Origin: a virus
Direction: 5' to 3' (one strand)
IMG/VR virus record: IMGVR_UViG_3300016471_001132
Span: 64,001-128,000 of that record
Length of the DNA: 64,000 nucleotides
Each line of letters starts with the position of its first letter. The stretch's first letter is position 1. Made by a program: the position numbers and the translations under genes. The notes below the pieces were generated by a model. That model ran no database searches. It was not told the origin of the DNA and was given only the letters and a program-made list of their open reading frames with translations. This document shows positions 36,660 to 45,751 of this stretch, in pieces.

Positions 36660-38327
36660 TCAAAAGGGTATATCCCAAAAAGGATGCAATGTTCGGGTGT
36701 TGGTGTCAAAATGCCCCATTATCAAAAGATCGTATTGTTCCACCAGGGGCTGGATTTCTGCATACAGTTGCTGAGCCTTATCTTGTGCTCGTTGTTTGAG
36801 TTTATTCCAGTAGAGATCAAAATTTTTGATTTTGTCTTTACCAAACTTTTCTTCGCTGATGCGCATCCACTGATTCAAAATTCTACAGGCCAACATGTCC
36901 CCATAGTCCATCTGGTTAGTTCTCCAGATCGGAGTGATGCCATAGAAATGTTGCATGACCTTGGCATCTGACTGGCTATGCACAGATTCATACAATTGTG
37001 CCCAATTGTCTATGTTTGGAAAAGATTTTGACATCCTAGATAACTCGTATCCGGACTTGAAAGACAAGCCATGTAACTTTTGATACAGTTTATCTGCACC
37101 CGGGCTATTGGGGAGGAGAACCCAGTGGCTAAAGGAAACGGTCGTGATCCCTGTCTCAGTCCAAATACGGTACATGGACTCGGCCACTGATTCAAAACTC
37201 TGGCCGGGCATACCCAACATGAATTGCATCTGCAGTTGAGACCGATAGCTGTAACCTATGTCGTCAAGTAATCTGAAGATCAATTTTTTCTGATCATCCC
37301 AGGATAATGAAGGACGATCCATCTTTTGTAAAACATCGGTATTGATATCTTGCATCGTTATCATCAGTTTTTGCTTGCCTACTTTGGCATTGCGCTTCAA
37401 CCAGCGATATACAGCATCTGCCTTGAGTTTGGGTGTATTCCATACATAAAATTTGAAATTACCACCAGGTTTCGTGATGGAATCGGCATATTCTACTATT
37501 TCAAAATCTTCTTCCCATTGGCCAAAGTTTGCATCAGCTTCTCGGATAGACACATCAAGATCGCAAAAAAAATCCAATTCCTTGCGCCAGTCGGCCTTGC
37601 GACGTTTGACCTTGTGATGCAATCCACTGCTCCAATCGCAAAAGGTACATTTATACATGCAGCCCCGGGCGAATTCCACGGCGATCCTTAAGTCATTGCG
37701 AGGTACGCCTTTGTCTACGATAGCTTGAACGTGCTGCCTGATCAAATCCTGTTGCGCTAGATAGGGACTGCTGGCCCAAAAATCTTCATCAGTGAATCTT
37801 TCCCATGGGTACAGTTTGTACACCCCTTTATTGTTGCGTACAATATTGACGAATTGCGAGTCGTCTGGTAAAAAGCCACCGTGATAATCCACGATCTGTT
37901 GAAAGGCTTTCTCACCATCACCATAGACCACATAATCCACATAGGGATGCCGTTGGAAAAATTCAGGGTCTTTGTGAGTTGCCAACTGTGGTCCACCCAT
38001 GACGATCAGAGTTTCGGGATATTTTTCTTTCACCGCCTTGGCTATTTGGTGTTGTTCGTCTTCATTCCAGATGAACACACTAAGAGCCAGAATATCTGGT
38101 TTGTCTCGAATGACACTTTCAATGATCTCTGGCAAAGGATCTACACTGATCAGATCCGCTGGTAACCAAGTTAGATTTTTATTATGTCCTTTGAGATCAT
38201 AATAGTGTTTGATCAAAAAGAACGACATGTTGACATAAGTGGCTATCTCAATATCTTCTTCGTCATAGATCAGTTGTTCACTGTCCTGTTTATAGACTTT
38301 TTGATGTAGAACGAACTTTATACGCAT
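36660..38327 (-). CDS. Cobalamin-binding radical SAM protein
   Basis: N-terminal B12-binding Rossmann (PDILALSV.IWN, MGGP, GDGE), RGCMYKCTFCD; AT-rich. Confidence 0.85.
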   Translation of the reverse strand: MRIKFVLHQKVYKQDSEQLIYDEEDIEIATYVNMSFFLIKHYYDLKGHNKNLTWLPADLISVDPLPEIIESVIRDKPDILALSVFIWNEDEQHQIAKAVKEKYPETLIVMGGPQLATHKDPEFFQRHPYVDYVVYGDGEKAFQQIVDYHGGFLPDDSQFVNIVRNNKGVYKLYPWERFTDEDFWASSPYLAQQDLIRQHVQAIVDKGVPRNDLRIAVEFARGCMYKCTFCDWSSGLHHKVKRRKADWRKELDFFCDLDVSIREADANFGQWEEDFEIVEYADSITKPGGNFKFYVWNTPKLKADAVYRWLKRNAKVGKQKLMITMQDINTDVLQKMDRPSLSWDDQKKLIFRLLDDIGYSYRSQLQMQFMLGMPGQSFESVAESMYRIWTETGITTVSFSHWVLLPNSPGADKLYQKLHGLSFKSGYELSRMSKSFPNIDNWAQLYESVHSQSDAKVMQHFYGITPIWRTNQMDYGDMLACRILNQWMRISEEKFGKDKIKNFDLYWNKLKQRAQDKAQQLYAEIQPLVEQYDLLIMGHFDTNTRTLHPFWDIPF

Positions 38328-38330
38328 GTA

Positions 38331-38525
38331 TTATATATCTTTGGGCTTGCTCAATTTTGGACCTGTTTCCAAATGATCATTCCATGCGTCCGGAACTAGT
38401 GTCGGTACACCATAGATCGCGCAACCAGCATACATCATTGCCAGGTTCCAGCTATACACCGTGCGACACCAGTCCAGGTATCTGGTCAGTTCCGGAGTGA
38501 GGGCAGGCGCACCGTTACAGATCAT
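38331..38525 (-). CDS. Hypothetical protein
   Basis: 64-aa coupled ORF. Confidence 0.4.
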   Translation of the reverse strand: MICNGAPALTPELTRYLDWCRTVYSWNLAMMYAGCAIYGVPTLVPDAWNDHLETGPKLSKPKDI

Positions 38526-38922
38526 ATTGGGCCTTTAGGTTTAGGGTTCGATACAAGTTGTCCGGAGGTAGATTCCAATCTTCATAACCTTCAAACAAGA
38601 GATCCACATAAGCAGGACTGGGATCACCACCAGATCCGTTCATCACATACACCATGAATCTTACACCGTCCTGTTCCAACTCTTGTTTCTGATAGTAGTA
38701 GGGATAACCTTCGAAAGTGTCTAGGTACTGTTCGCATTCTTCCGTGATTGACCAAAGTGCTCCTGGTACTGAGTGTCCTGATGCTGGTTCTATGGTGGCA
38801 TGATTATGTAGCCGCAGCCGCCAGTCACGCAGGAAGAAACTCTGCACGGGTCGAGCATCTGGGCAACGATGCGCCATGCTGTCCAGGCTCATGTTGGCAC
38901 CGTAGGCGAAGTAGAGTTTCAT
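38515..38922 (-). CDS. Gamma-glutamylcyclotransferase (AIG2-like)
   Basis: YFAYGANM, ATIEP...VPGALW, LDTFEGYP..Y. Confidence 0.88.
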   Translation of the reverse strand: MKLYFAYGANMSLDSMAHRCPDARPVQSFFLRDWRLRLHNHATIEPASGHSVPGALWSITEECEQYLDTFEGYPYYYQKQELEQDGVRFMVYVMNGSGGDPSPAYVDLLFEGYEDWNLPPDNLYRTLNLKAQYDL

Positions 38923-39167
38923 CGTATGTAGTGCTTTTTTATATATTCATCGGCTTGTGCTACGGTACTAGCGAAAAACAAAATATTGTCCTTGATATCA
39001 AATCTATTACAAAAACTCTGACCGTAACGTTGATTCCGCAGACTTTCAAACACGAATCCCCGGGCCCACTGTTCATAATCTTGCTGGCTAACTGTATGAC
39101 TTGGCAGTCGCTCAGCAGGTTTACTGTGCTGGATCAGATGTTCCACTATATGAGACATCACCGTCAT
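38919..39167 (-). CDS. Hypothetical protein
   Basis: RYGQSFCN.F motif; coupled. Confidence 0.5.
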   Translation of the reverse strand: MTVMSHIVEHLIQHSKPAERLPSHTVSQQDYEQWARGFVFESLRNQRYGQSFCNRFDIKDNILFFASTVAQADEYIKKHYIR

Positions 39168-39654
39168 TTATGGGTTCTCCTTTGTCGTTGACTTCGATCC
39201 AAGTGTAATCTCCTAGCCATTTTACCCTGGCTATGTATTGATACCAATCCGGTGCACCCGTGGTCCAGTCTGTGGGGCCCAGTGATACCAAAACAGTTTC
39301 TTTTTTCCAGCTATTGTATGCAAGCCAATAGATTTGCCCGTGATATACCTGGAATTTATACTTGGCAGCATGTACCAGATCCGTGATTTCTAATCTACGC
39401 CTGATGCTGTTGGCTTGTTTCTGCAACACCGCTACCAAAGACATTATCCTATCATACTCTTGTTGGGCATGCATGCGTGCCACGTTGAGCATGATATCTT
39501 TTTGTTTTTCAACCGGAACCAGATCAAAAGCGGGTCCGCCCACTTCCACTGGATAGGGCGTAGAAGTGCGATTGATGAATTCAACCAAGCTATTGCCCAT
39601 GGTAGCATCAAAAGATTCTCGACCTTTGGCACGATTGTTAGACTGATCACTCAA
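39121..39654 (-). CDS. DUF2452-like phage protein
   Basis: PYP.EVGGP.F..V, A.Y.F....GQ.YWL, P..W. Confidence 0.65.
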   Translation of the reverse strand: MSDQSNNRAKGRESFDATMGNSLVEFINRTSTPYPVEVGGPAFDLVPVEKQKDIMLNVARMHAQQEYDRIMSLVAVLQKQANSIRRRLEITDLVHAAKYKFQVYHGQIYWLAYNSWKKETVLVSLGPTDWTTGAPDWYQYIARVKWLGDYTWIEVNDKGEPINDGDVSYSGTSDPAQ

Positions 39655-39699
39655 ATCTTGACCTCGGTGATAAAACCTCCACGAAACATATAGCTCATA

Positions 39700-40371
39700 T
39701 CAGTCCCAGAGTGCCTCATAGTATCGACCAAACAGTCGGAAGCCATTGGTCATCCGGGCTTGATGTGCTGCCATGCCTTCTGTGTTGATCTCAAAGGTGT
39801 GGTTGGGACCTGGCACCATCTCGTATGTGGCTTCTTCCTCACCAGTGTCAAAGTTGGGATAGGTCCGGTCGCTCTTGCGCCAGGAGAGGTCATGCTCGCC
39901 CGAATAGTAATCTTCTTCCCAATGGTCTCGGCATTTCTGTTCGAACGCCCAGATCATCTCACCCAGCACCCAATCCCAGCGATCGTGATGGAAGGCATCT
40001 ATGTCCCACTCATCTTCTTTTTTGGGTGCGGCTGTGCTACGCAGATGTTCGGGCACATCCTCGTCCGCCACATTGGGAGAACCGTGCTTGGTAGCCTTGA
40101 GTTGCCGGAGCATGGGCAACACGATGTCGGCCAGGGTGTGATCCATTGACCATGTGTCCCACGGGTCGATCTTGATGTACTGGATCCGGGGATGGATAAG
40201 GTCTAACACTGTCTGGATGAACTTGCACACAGGCTCAAGGCGATCGCTCCAGCGCTCGACCCAAGGTGTATCATAGTCGATTTTCTCCCAGTCCAGCCAG
40301 AACAAGGTTCGTTCCAGGATGGTATAGGGCGATATCCAGTGATCTCGATAACGACTGATGTAAACTTTCAT
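39700..40371 (-). CDS. Conserved T4-like phage hypothetical protein
   Basis: IKIDPWDTWSMDHTLA.IVLPML.QLK..KHG.P...W.WVL.EMIWAF...NGFRLFG.YY.ALWD. Confidence 0.7.
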   Translation of the reverse strand: MKVYISRYRDHWISPYTILERTLFWLDWEKIDYDTPWVERWSDRLEPVCKFIQTVLDLIHPRIQYIKIDPWDTWSMDHTLADIVLPMLRQLKATKHGSPNVADEDVPEHLRSTAAPKKEDEWDIDAFHHDRWDWVLGEMIWAFEQKCRDHWEEDYYSGEHDLSWRKSDRTYPNFDTGEEEATYEMVPGPNHTFEINTEGMAAHQARMTNGFRLFGRYYEALWD

Positions 40372-41278
40372 AAAGGACTACTCCATAATTCTGTGCCATG
40401 CGATTTTAACAGGATTACTATTTCTTGTCTATCATCCAGGAACTCTATGGCCCAGTTGTCGTTGCGCCAGGCCCAACGGAAATCTCTACCGATTTGGAGC
40501 CCTTGGCTCTCCAACCAAAGATACCATTCCCGGATGTTCCAATCCCCGCGCAGTTGGATCATTTACCATGCCTCCACATCTGTGATGTCGATCTCGTGAT
40601 AGCTCTGTGTGCCTTTGCGGTAAAACCGAGCGAACATGTCGGGGCCAATACCGCTTTCCCATTTCTGCAGGATGACCACGCTCTCTACATTTTCATGCAA
40701 TCGCATGTAGATCAAGATCTGCTCCATCTGCTTTCGAGATAACACAGCAGATTTTACTGCATTACCACGACCCATCATCGATCCAGAGTCTCACTGTCAA
40801 AAACAGCACAGAAACATTGATGGTATGCTCGTTGGGCCCGGCCCAATCACCGCGAGGTTCATAGCTGATCCTGGGAGTCCAGAACCAGTGATAGGGATTC
40901 AGTGTCACGCTGACGCTGGCACCCGAATATTTAACCCATTTAAGCATTCGATGCAACAGTGGCATTGAATCGTTGGATGACATCAGGATCTCCTGTTGTA
41001 ACATGCACATGCATGGACTTTTTCATCTTGGCCGCCACTTCTGTGGCGGTATAACCCTGGGCCAAGAACACATCGGTATTGGCGTCAAACAAGTAGAACT
41101 GCCCGTGATGTTCCTCCACCTTGGCTTCAATAATGGCTGCCTCCAAGGCCTTTTTCAGTTCGCCGATGCGTGTTTCCAATCTACGGATCAACCAAGGCTT
41201 GATCGCCAGGTGGAATAAGGCCCAGGCAATGACATACCACATCAGCACGGTCAATGCCATTTCAACGAGTCCATTCAT
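40368..41278 (-). other. Run of four small coupled hypothetical genes (40368-40562, 40563-40778, 40762-40947, 40940-41278)
   Basis: Contiguous minus-strand ORFs with stop/start overlaps. Confidence 0.5.
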
Positions 41279-41802
41279 TCCATCAGTCCTTTCTCTCGGG
41301 CACCTTGGGTGTACCATTCTGTGAGTGGCTCGGGATCTTCGTCGGGCTCCCATCCCCACTCGTCGGCGGCCAGCTCTTCAAATCTAGCCGGATCGTTTTC
41401 ATACTGTACACAATCATCATCGTAGGTGTCGCCATCATAACTGGCTTCGCCCACGAATCCCATGCCGGGCTCATAATACTTGAGGCTGTAGCTCACTCGG
41501 CCATCTTGCTGGGCCCAGTAGAGAAACGCTTCAGTGGGCGGTGCCCAGGCCGAGTTGAAACTGAACTCGATGCTGTCTTCTTCCTCATCGTTGACCACAT
41601 AAACATCGCAGATGTCCCATTTGGTACCCCAGTTTGTGACGCACCAGTCATACCAGTTTTCTTCCTGATCCGGGGGCAAGGGCCGCATCCATTTAAGCAA
41701 GCGGCTGTCCTGATCTCGATCTTCCAGTATGCTCCGGATCTCATCAATCACAGGCCGGGGGGCGTTGATCACTGCACGATTTTCACACCAATTGGGCATC
41801 AT
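41275..41802 (-). CDS. DUF1281/Api92-like ferredoxin-fold protein
   Basis: MPNWCEN...WYDWC..NWGTKWD...F.SAW.PP...YYEPG..F.G. Confidence 0.8.
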   Translation of the reverse strand: MMPNWCENRAVINAPRPVIDEIRSILEDRDQDSRLLKWMRPLPPDQEENWYDWCVTNWGTKWDICDVYVVNDEEEDSIEFSFNSAWAPPTEAFLYWAQQDGRVSYSLKYYEPGMGFVGEASYDGDTYDDDCVQYENDPARFEELAADEWGWEPDEDPEPLTEWYTQGAREKGLME

Positions 41803-42237
41803 CTACTCCTGGTTGTGTTTCAAATACTTATAATGAGGACGCCAGCTCATGTCCGGATGATCCAGATCCAGCACGAATCCCCACTCACGAACCTTGCGTC
41901 CGGGTACAAACAGGGTCCATGCTGTCACCCCGGGTTCCAGTTCGATCCTGTGCAGGCTGGTGGGTTGACAAAAACGAAAATGGCCTGGACCACGCCAGAA
42001 TCTTCCCTCGGGAGTGACCTCCCAGTATCCGCCCCGCAAGATCAAGGTGAAGTAGGGCCAGGGATGATCATGCAGATGATCTGGATCGCCCTTGAGGAAC
42101 CGGTGGACGAAGACATTGAACGGGAACCGTTGTCTATCCCGCAAGAACACATAGTAGCGTTCCAGATAGGGTTCGTTGTCCTGGCGATCCATGATGATGC
42201 GGTGTCGTCCCAGCCGCTGGAAGAGAGATTTTAGCAT
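41803..42237 (-). CDS. Cupin-like protein
   Basis: HRF...D.D.LHDHPW....IL.GGY.E ... HRIEL...WTLF. Confidence 0.7.
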   Translation of the reverse strand: MLKSLFQRLGRHRIIMDRQDNEPYLERYYVFLRDRQRFPFNVFVHRFLKGDPDHLHDHPWPYFTLILRGGYWEVTPEGRFWRGPGHFRFCQPTSLHRIELEPGVTAWTLFVPGRKVREWGFVLDLDHPDMSWRPHYKYLKHNQE

Positions 42238-42272
42238 ACTATTATATTAGCAGAAAATCTATTGTCAGTCAA

Positions 42273-42304
42273 ACAAAAAGGCCACCGAGCGATGACCTTT
42301 TTGT
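42273..42304. terminator. Intrinsic terminator, potentially bidirectional
   Basis: ACAAAAAGG(C/T)CA-loop-TG(A/G)CCTTTTTGT. Confidence 0.8.
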
Positions 42305-42344
42305 GATGTGGGCAGTCTGAATTGCCCAGCGAGTCAAAAAAAAC

Positions 42345-42614
42345 TTAGACCAAGCCCATAGCGATGGCTTTGTAGCCAGCAGCGATCAGCTTGCGGCTGG
42401 GTTTGCCCATCACGTACTCAGTGACTTGCACGCCGTTGCCAGCTTTGCGGCTGTTGGTGTAGACAGCATGACCGGCTTGACGCACACGGCTCACTTCAGC
42501 GGCCAGGTTGCCGATGCCCATTTTCTTGGCTTTGGCTGCGGTCAGTGCTTCACCATTACGCAGAGCGGTAAAAACACGGAAGGTCTTGGTTTCGGGGTTG
42601 ATAAACAGTTTCAC
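42345..42614 (-). CDS. Small winged-helix DNA-binding protein
   Basis: LRNGEALTA...GIGNLAAEVSRVRQAGHAVY..; GTG start after GAAAGG; promoter TTGATA-N17-TAATAT upstream. Confidence 0.65.
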   Translation of the reverse strand: MKLFINPETKTFRVFTALRNGEALTAAKAKKMGIGNLAAEVSRVRQAGHAVYTNSRKAGNGVQVTEYVMGKPSRKLIAAGYKAIAMGLV

Positions 42615-42734
42615 AGTTTCGCTACCTTTCTTGAGTTGAGAAAAACAGATGTCACTTGACATCATGTGTGTAATATTACACGGAGTATACATGGATATCA
42701 ACTGCTTTTGGTAAGACATCTTGCCTTTTTGCAA

Positions 42735-43112
42735 TTATTTGGTAGATTTAATGTTTCCGATATGCTTACAAGAGCCGCGGAAGGTGGCACCCGGACAGGT
42801 ACAACTCCAGCGACCATCCAAGAGACTCACGGTGTAGGTGTTGCCTTTTGATCCCTGCACCTCCCAGGTCTCACCTCGGGGCTTCTCGTCAGCGATGACC
42901 TTGACCTTCATGTCAAAGCCCCACCGATTCTTCTTAACCTCTATGAACTTGCGGCCTCGCCGGTCAATGCGACTCTGGCTGGCAAAGTATTCGGGTGGTT
43001 CCTTGCCCCAACGGCTCATGGCCACCACACGGTCCCCGTTCATGAGATACACATGGTTGGGTTGGCGATAGGGCACTTTCCATTCGGTGACTTCTTCGAG
43101 GATTTTTAGCAT
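42735..43112 (-). CDS. SWIM zinc-finger protein
   Basis: GSKGNTYTV....WSCTCPG..FRGSCKHI. Confidence 0.8.
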   Translation of the reverse strand: MLKILEEVTEWKVPYRQPNHVYLMNGDRVVAMSRWGKEPPEYFASQSRIDRRGRKFIEVKKNRWGFDMKVKVIADEKPRGETWEVQGSKGNTYTVSLLDGRWSCTCPGATFRGSCKHIGNIKSTK

Positions 43113-43118
43113 ACCCAT

Positions 43119-43147
43119 ATTATAGCATTTTGGGCATTATTGGTCAA
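43119..43147 (-). promoter_or_regulatory. sigma70 promoter, leaderless geometry
   Basis: TTGACC-N17-TATAAT; ATG at 43112. Confidence 0.85.
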
Positions 43148-43389
43148 CCGCCCCAACGCAACTGGAACAGCATGGCATCTCGCTCATCCCGGAAACGATA
43201 GTACTCATACAAGGGCCTGTGACTCCAGACGCCCTGGGCTATGTCCGTACCATATCTATACCAGCGATCATCAAACTCGCCAAACTGTTCTTGGCACCAA
43301 GGCTCCACCTCCCAGTGTCGGGCCAGAGTCCGGCACTCCCAGGGGAATCGATTCTCGATGAGTTTGGACTCTAAGGAAACCCGTGTCAT
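43144..43389 (-). CDS. Small hypothetical protein (same family as 23355, 36408)
   Basis: WC.EQFG...YRFRDERDAMLFQLRWG. Confidence 0.55.
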   Translation of the reverse strand: MTRVSLESKLIENRFPWECRTLARHWEVEPWCQEQFGEFDDRWYRYGTDIAQGVWSHRPLYEYYRFRDERDAMLFQLRWGG

Positions 43390-43604
43390 CGCGAGAAGAA
43401 CAAGCCCAGGATATAGATGGCCAACAATCCTGAGTTCACAGTGATCATGGCCCGATCACGGATCCGGATGGCCCACCACAAGAAAATGGCACTGCCCACA
43501 TTGAGTAGATACACATTGAGTGGGTCGATACGCAGGCTGGTCATTAGGGCACCCAACAAAGTGAGCCCGGTGGCCGTCCAAGCAAGGGCCCGGGTGAAGG
43601 TCAT
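43386..43604 (-). CDS. Small 3-TM membrane protein (half-PnuC/SemiSWEET-like)
   Basis: W..T..TL.GA..T....P.N......G....LWW....RDRAMITVN. Confidence 0.6.
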   Translation of the reverse strand: MTFTRALAWTATGLTLLGALMTSLRIDPLNVYLLNVGSAIFLWWAIRIRDRAMITVNSGLLAIYILGLFFSR

Positions 43605-43755
43605 TCTCGGTGCCATACCCGCTCTTTCGTATCTAAGTTGATGCTCCAAGACATCAGCCTGCTGTAGATGGGATGGAGCCAAGCCCAGTCATAGTAGCAC
43701 ATGACCCTGCTGACCCAATCGCCCGTCCAATACAGGACATAGGCCAGTGTAATCT

Positions 43756-44025
43756 TCACGAAAACTCCAGCATGTTGATGGGCACATTGTAGCGATAGGG
43801 ACCGGTGTTGACGATGGCTTTCTTGATCTTCACCGACTCCACTGTGCCTGTGACCCTGCTGCCATAGCGATCTTTGAAGTAGACCCTGACGCCAGGGCGC
43901 AGGTCTCGCTTGACTTCGTGTGCCAGTTGGGCACGGGCGAACTGGATGGCTTGCCCCATGCGGTTGAGTTCTTCGTTGGTGAACTGTCCCACTTTGATCT
44001 CGCGGATGATATCTTCGGATGTCAT
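43756..44025 (-). CDS. Small protein with C-terminal SH3-like barrel
   Basis: LRPGVRVYF...G.V.....KKAIV.....YNVP; AAGGAG SD; promoter 44056-44084. Confidence 0.55.
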   Translation of the reverse strand: MTSEDIIREIKVGQFTNEELNRMGQAIQFARAQLAHEVKRDLRPGVRVYFKDRYGSRVTGTVESVKIKKAIVNTGPYRYNVPINMLEFS

Positions 44026-44138
44026 ATCTGCTCCTTTTTTAAACAATATACCTACATGATACAGAAATGGTAATTATTGGTCAATCTTGCTAGATTAGTG
44101 CTTACTAACCAAAAATCAGTAGAAACCACGAGTGATGT

Positions 44139-44156
44139 TGCATTGCATGGTAAATA
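44139..44156 (+). promoter_or_regulatory. PhaR-type palindrome plus late promoter box
   Basis: TGCATTGCA (44139-44147), 3 nt, then TAAATA (44151-44156). Confidence 0.6.
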
Positions 44157-44180
44157 CTGCTGATGACAAAGGAAAACAAT

Positions 44181-44321
44181 ATGAAACAAACCTGTAAAAA
44201 AATCTGGACATATCTCGTTTGCTTGGCTGAGAGTTTTGGTCACGCTCGTGCGGCCAGCGTTTTTGCCCGGCAAGGTCGCTACAAGATGGCCCAGCAAATC
44301 ATGAATCAAAAATGTTCATGA
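44181..44321 (+). CDS. 46-aa basic micro-protein
   Basis: Hand translation MKQTCKKIWTYLVCLAESFGHARAASVFARQGRYKMAQQIMNQKCS; AAGGAA SD. Confidence 0.65.
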   Translation: MKQTCKKIWTYLVCLAESFGHARAASVFARQGRYKMAQQIMNQKCS

Positions 44322-44449
44322 TGTTGAAATGGTTGGATGATTTACTGGGTCGTTGGACTCAGCATGAAATGGATCGTTGGTTTGATGGGATCAATCCTGA
44401 CTCTATCAAAGACATCGACAAATTTCTACGCTCAAAAGGATGGCAATGA
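44318..44449 (+). CDS. 43-aa micro-protein
   Basis: MMLKWLDDLLGRWTQHEMDRWFDGINPDSIKDIDKFLRSKGWQ; ATGA coupling. Confidence 0.55.
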   Translation: MMLKWLDDLLGRWTQHEMDRWFDGINPDSIKDIDKFLRSKGWQ

Positions 44450-44517
44450 TGTATTGGTGGCCCGTAACAGACGAAGAGTGGGAACAGTTGAACTATCCCA
44501 ATCGCAAACCCAATTGA
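44446..44517 (+). CDS. 23-aa Trp-rich peptide
   Basis: MMYWWPVTDEEWEQLNYPNRKPN; ATGA coupling. Confidence 0.5.
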   Translation: MMYWWPVTDEEWEQLNYPNRKPN

Positions 44518-44563
44518 TCTTCCGTTTGATTGACCACCCAGCCAGTGGCCAATAAATATCCAC

Positions 44564-45751
44564 ATGGATTGTAAGTTCAGCACCAATGGACTGGCTATTG
44601 ATTATTTTGGCACAGTCAAGCCCTGTTGTCTATTCCAATACGATAAAAATTTCCAGGACCAAAACAACATCAAAGATCTGGATGTATCTGGCTGGCATAA
44701 ATCTGAAAAAATCATCAGCATTACAAATTCTCTCGCCCAGAACCAGTGGCCAAAGGAATGCGGATTCTGCCAGCATACCGAGGCCAACGGCCGCGGCGAC
44801 AGCATGCGATTAAACGGTCTCTCTTCGTATGGGCATTATTCATCTCAAGACATAACCTTGGAAATCCGGGGAGGATCCACATGCAACTTTGCATGCCAGA
44901 CATGTTGGCCGCAGGCAAGTTCGCGCGTGGCAAAATTTTATCAGCAAGCCAAAATCCAGTTTACTCCCCCAGATAACATGGATTGGGATTTCCACCAACT
45001 GGATTCGGTCAAGCACAGGTTGAGGAATATAGTTTTACTCGGTGGAGAACCTTTCTATGACAAAAGATGTCTTGCGTTTCTAAAATGGTTGCTGACAAAT
45101 GATGTCCGTGCAGACATCACTGTCTTCACCAATGGATCAATGATCGATTGGCAATTTTTAGAAAGATTCAAAGGAAGAATCACATTGGTATTCAGCATTG
45201 ATGCCATTGGCAAACCTGCAGAGTATATTAGATTTGGAAGTGATTGGAGCACAGTTAAAAAAAATTACGATTTGTGTCGCTCGCGGACCGAGGTCGCCAC
45301 CAGGATAAACATAACTACCTCTCCTTACAATTACTTGTATCTCGAAGAGTTATTGAATTGGATCAGTCGAGATTGGCCGGAAGTGGTGTCATTTGGTCGT
45401 GCAGCAGAATCCAGAAACTCCATATACATGGACGAATCAATTTTCCGCGTCGAACAAAGAAGCGAAATCATCGAGAGTCTAATCCGGGCACAATATTTGT
45501 TGAAAGATAGCAAGATCGAAAGCATGCAAAAAATCAACGCTGCCAATGCGATTGGCAGTATCATCAAAAATCTGCGTCAGATGCCTTACAATGACGCTAA
45601 TCGTTTACAATTTGAAAAATTTATCGCTGACATGGACCTGATCAAAAAAATCAACATCAATGATTACTGTCCGGAGTTGGCCAGATATTTCGACATCAAT
45701 CCAACCATATTGGACAAGGTCTCTTCTGAATTTTTTGAATCTGATATATAG
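44564..45751 (+). CDS. Radical SAM protein with N-terminal SPASM/twitch-like Cys cluster
   Basis: C...G.VKPCC...C..C then CNFACQTC, GGEPF, FSID; TAAATA 44553-44558. Confidence 0.88.
   Translation: MDCKFSTNGLAIDYFGTVKPCCLFQYDKNFQDQNNIKDLDVSGWHKSEKIISITNSLAQNQWPKECGFCQHTEANGRGDSMRLNGLSSYGHYSSQDITLEIRGGSTCNFACQTCWPQASSRVAKFYQQAKIQFTPPDNMDWDFHQLDSVKHRLRNIVLLGGEPFYDKRCLAFLKWLLTNDVRADITVFTNGSMIDWQFLERFKGRITLVFSIDAIGKPAEYIRFGSDWSTVKKNYDLCRSRTEVATRINITTSPYNYLYLEELLNWISRDWPEVVSFGRAAESRNSIYMDESIFRVEQRSEIIESLIRAQYLLKDSKIESMQKINAANAIGSIIKNLRQMPYNDANRLQFEKFIADMDLIKKININDYCPELARYFDINPTILDKVSSEFFESDI

Noticed and set aside
41254-42234. 326-aa plus-strand ORF
   Set aside because: It is antisense to two well-supported minus-strand genes (DUF1281-like and cupin), has no motif, SD or promoter, and is explained by codon bias on the opposite strand.
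44160-44186. CTGATGA...GAAA hammerhead-ribozyme-like core
   Set aside because: The intervening CAAAGGAAAACAATAT cannot form stem II; it is the SD and start of the micro-ORF.
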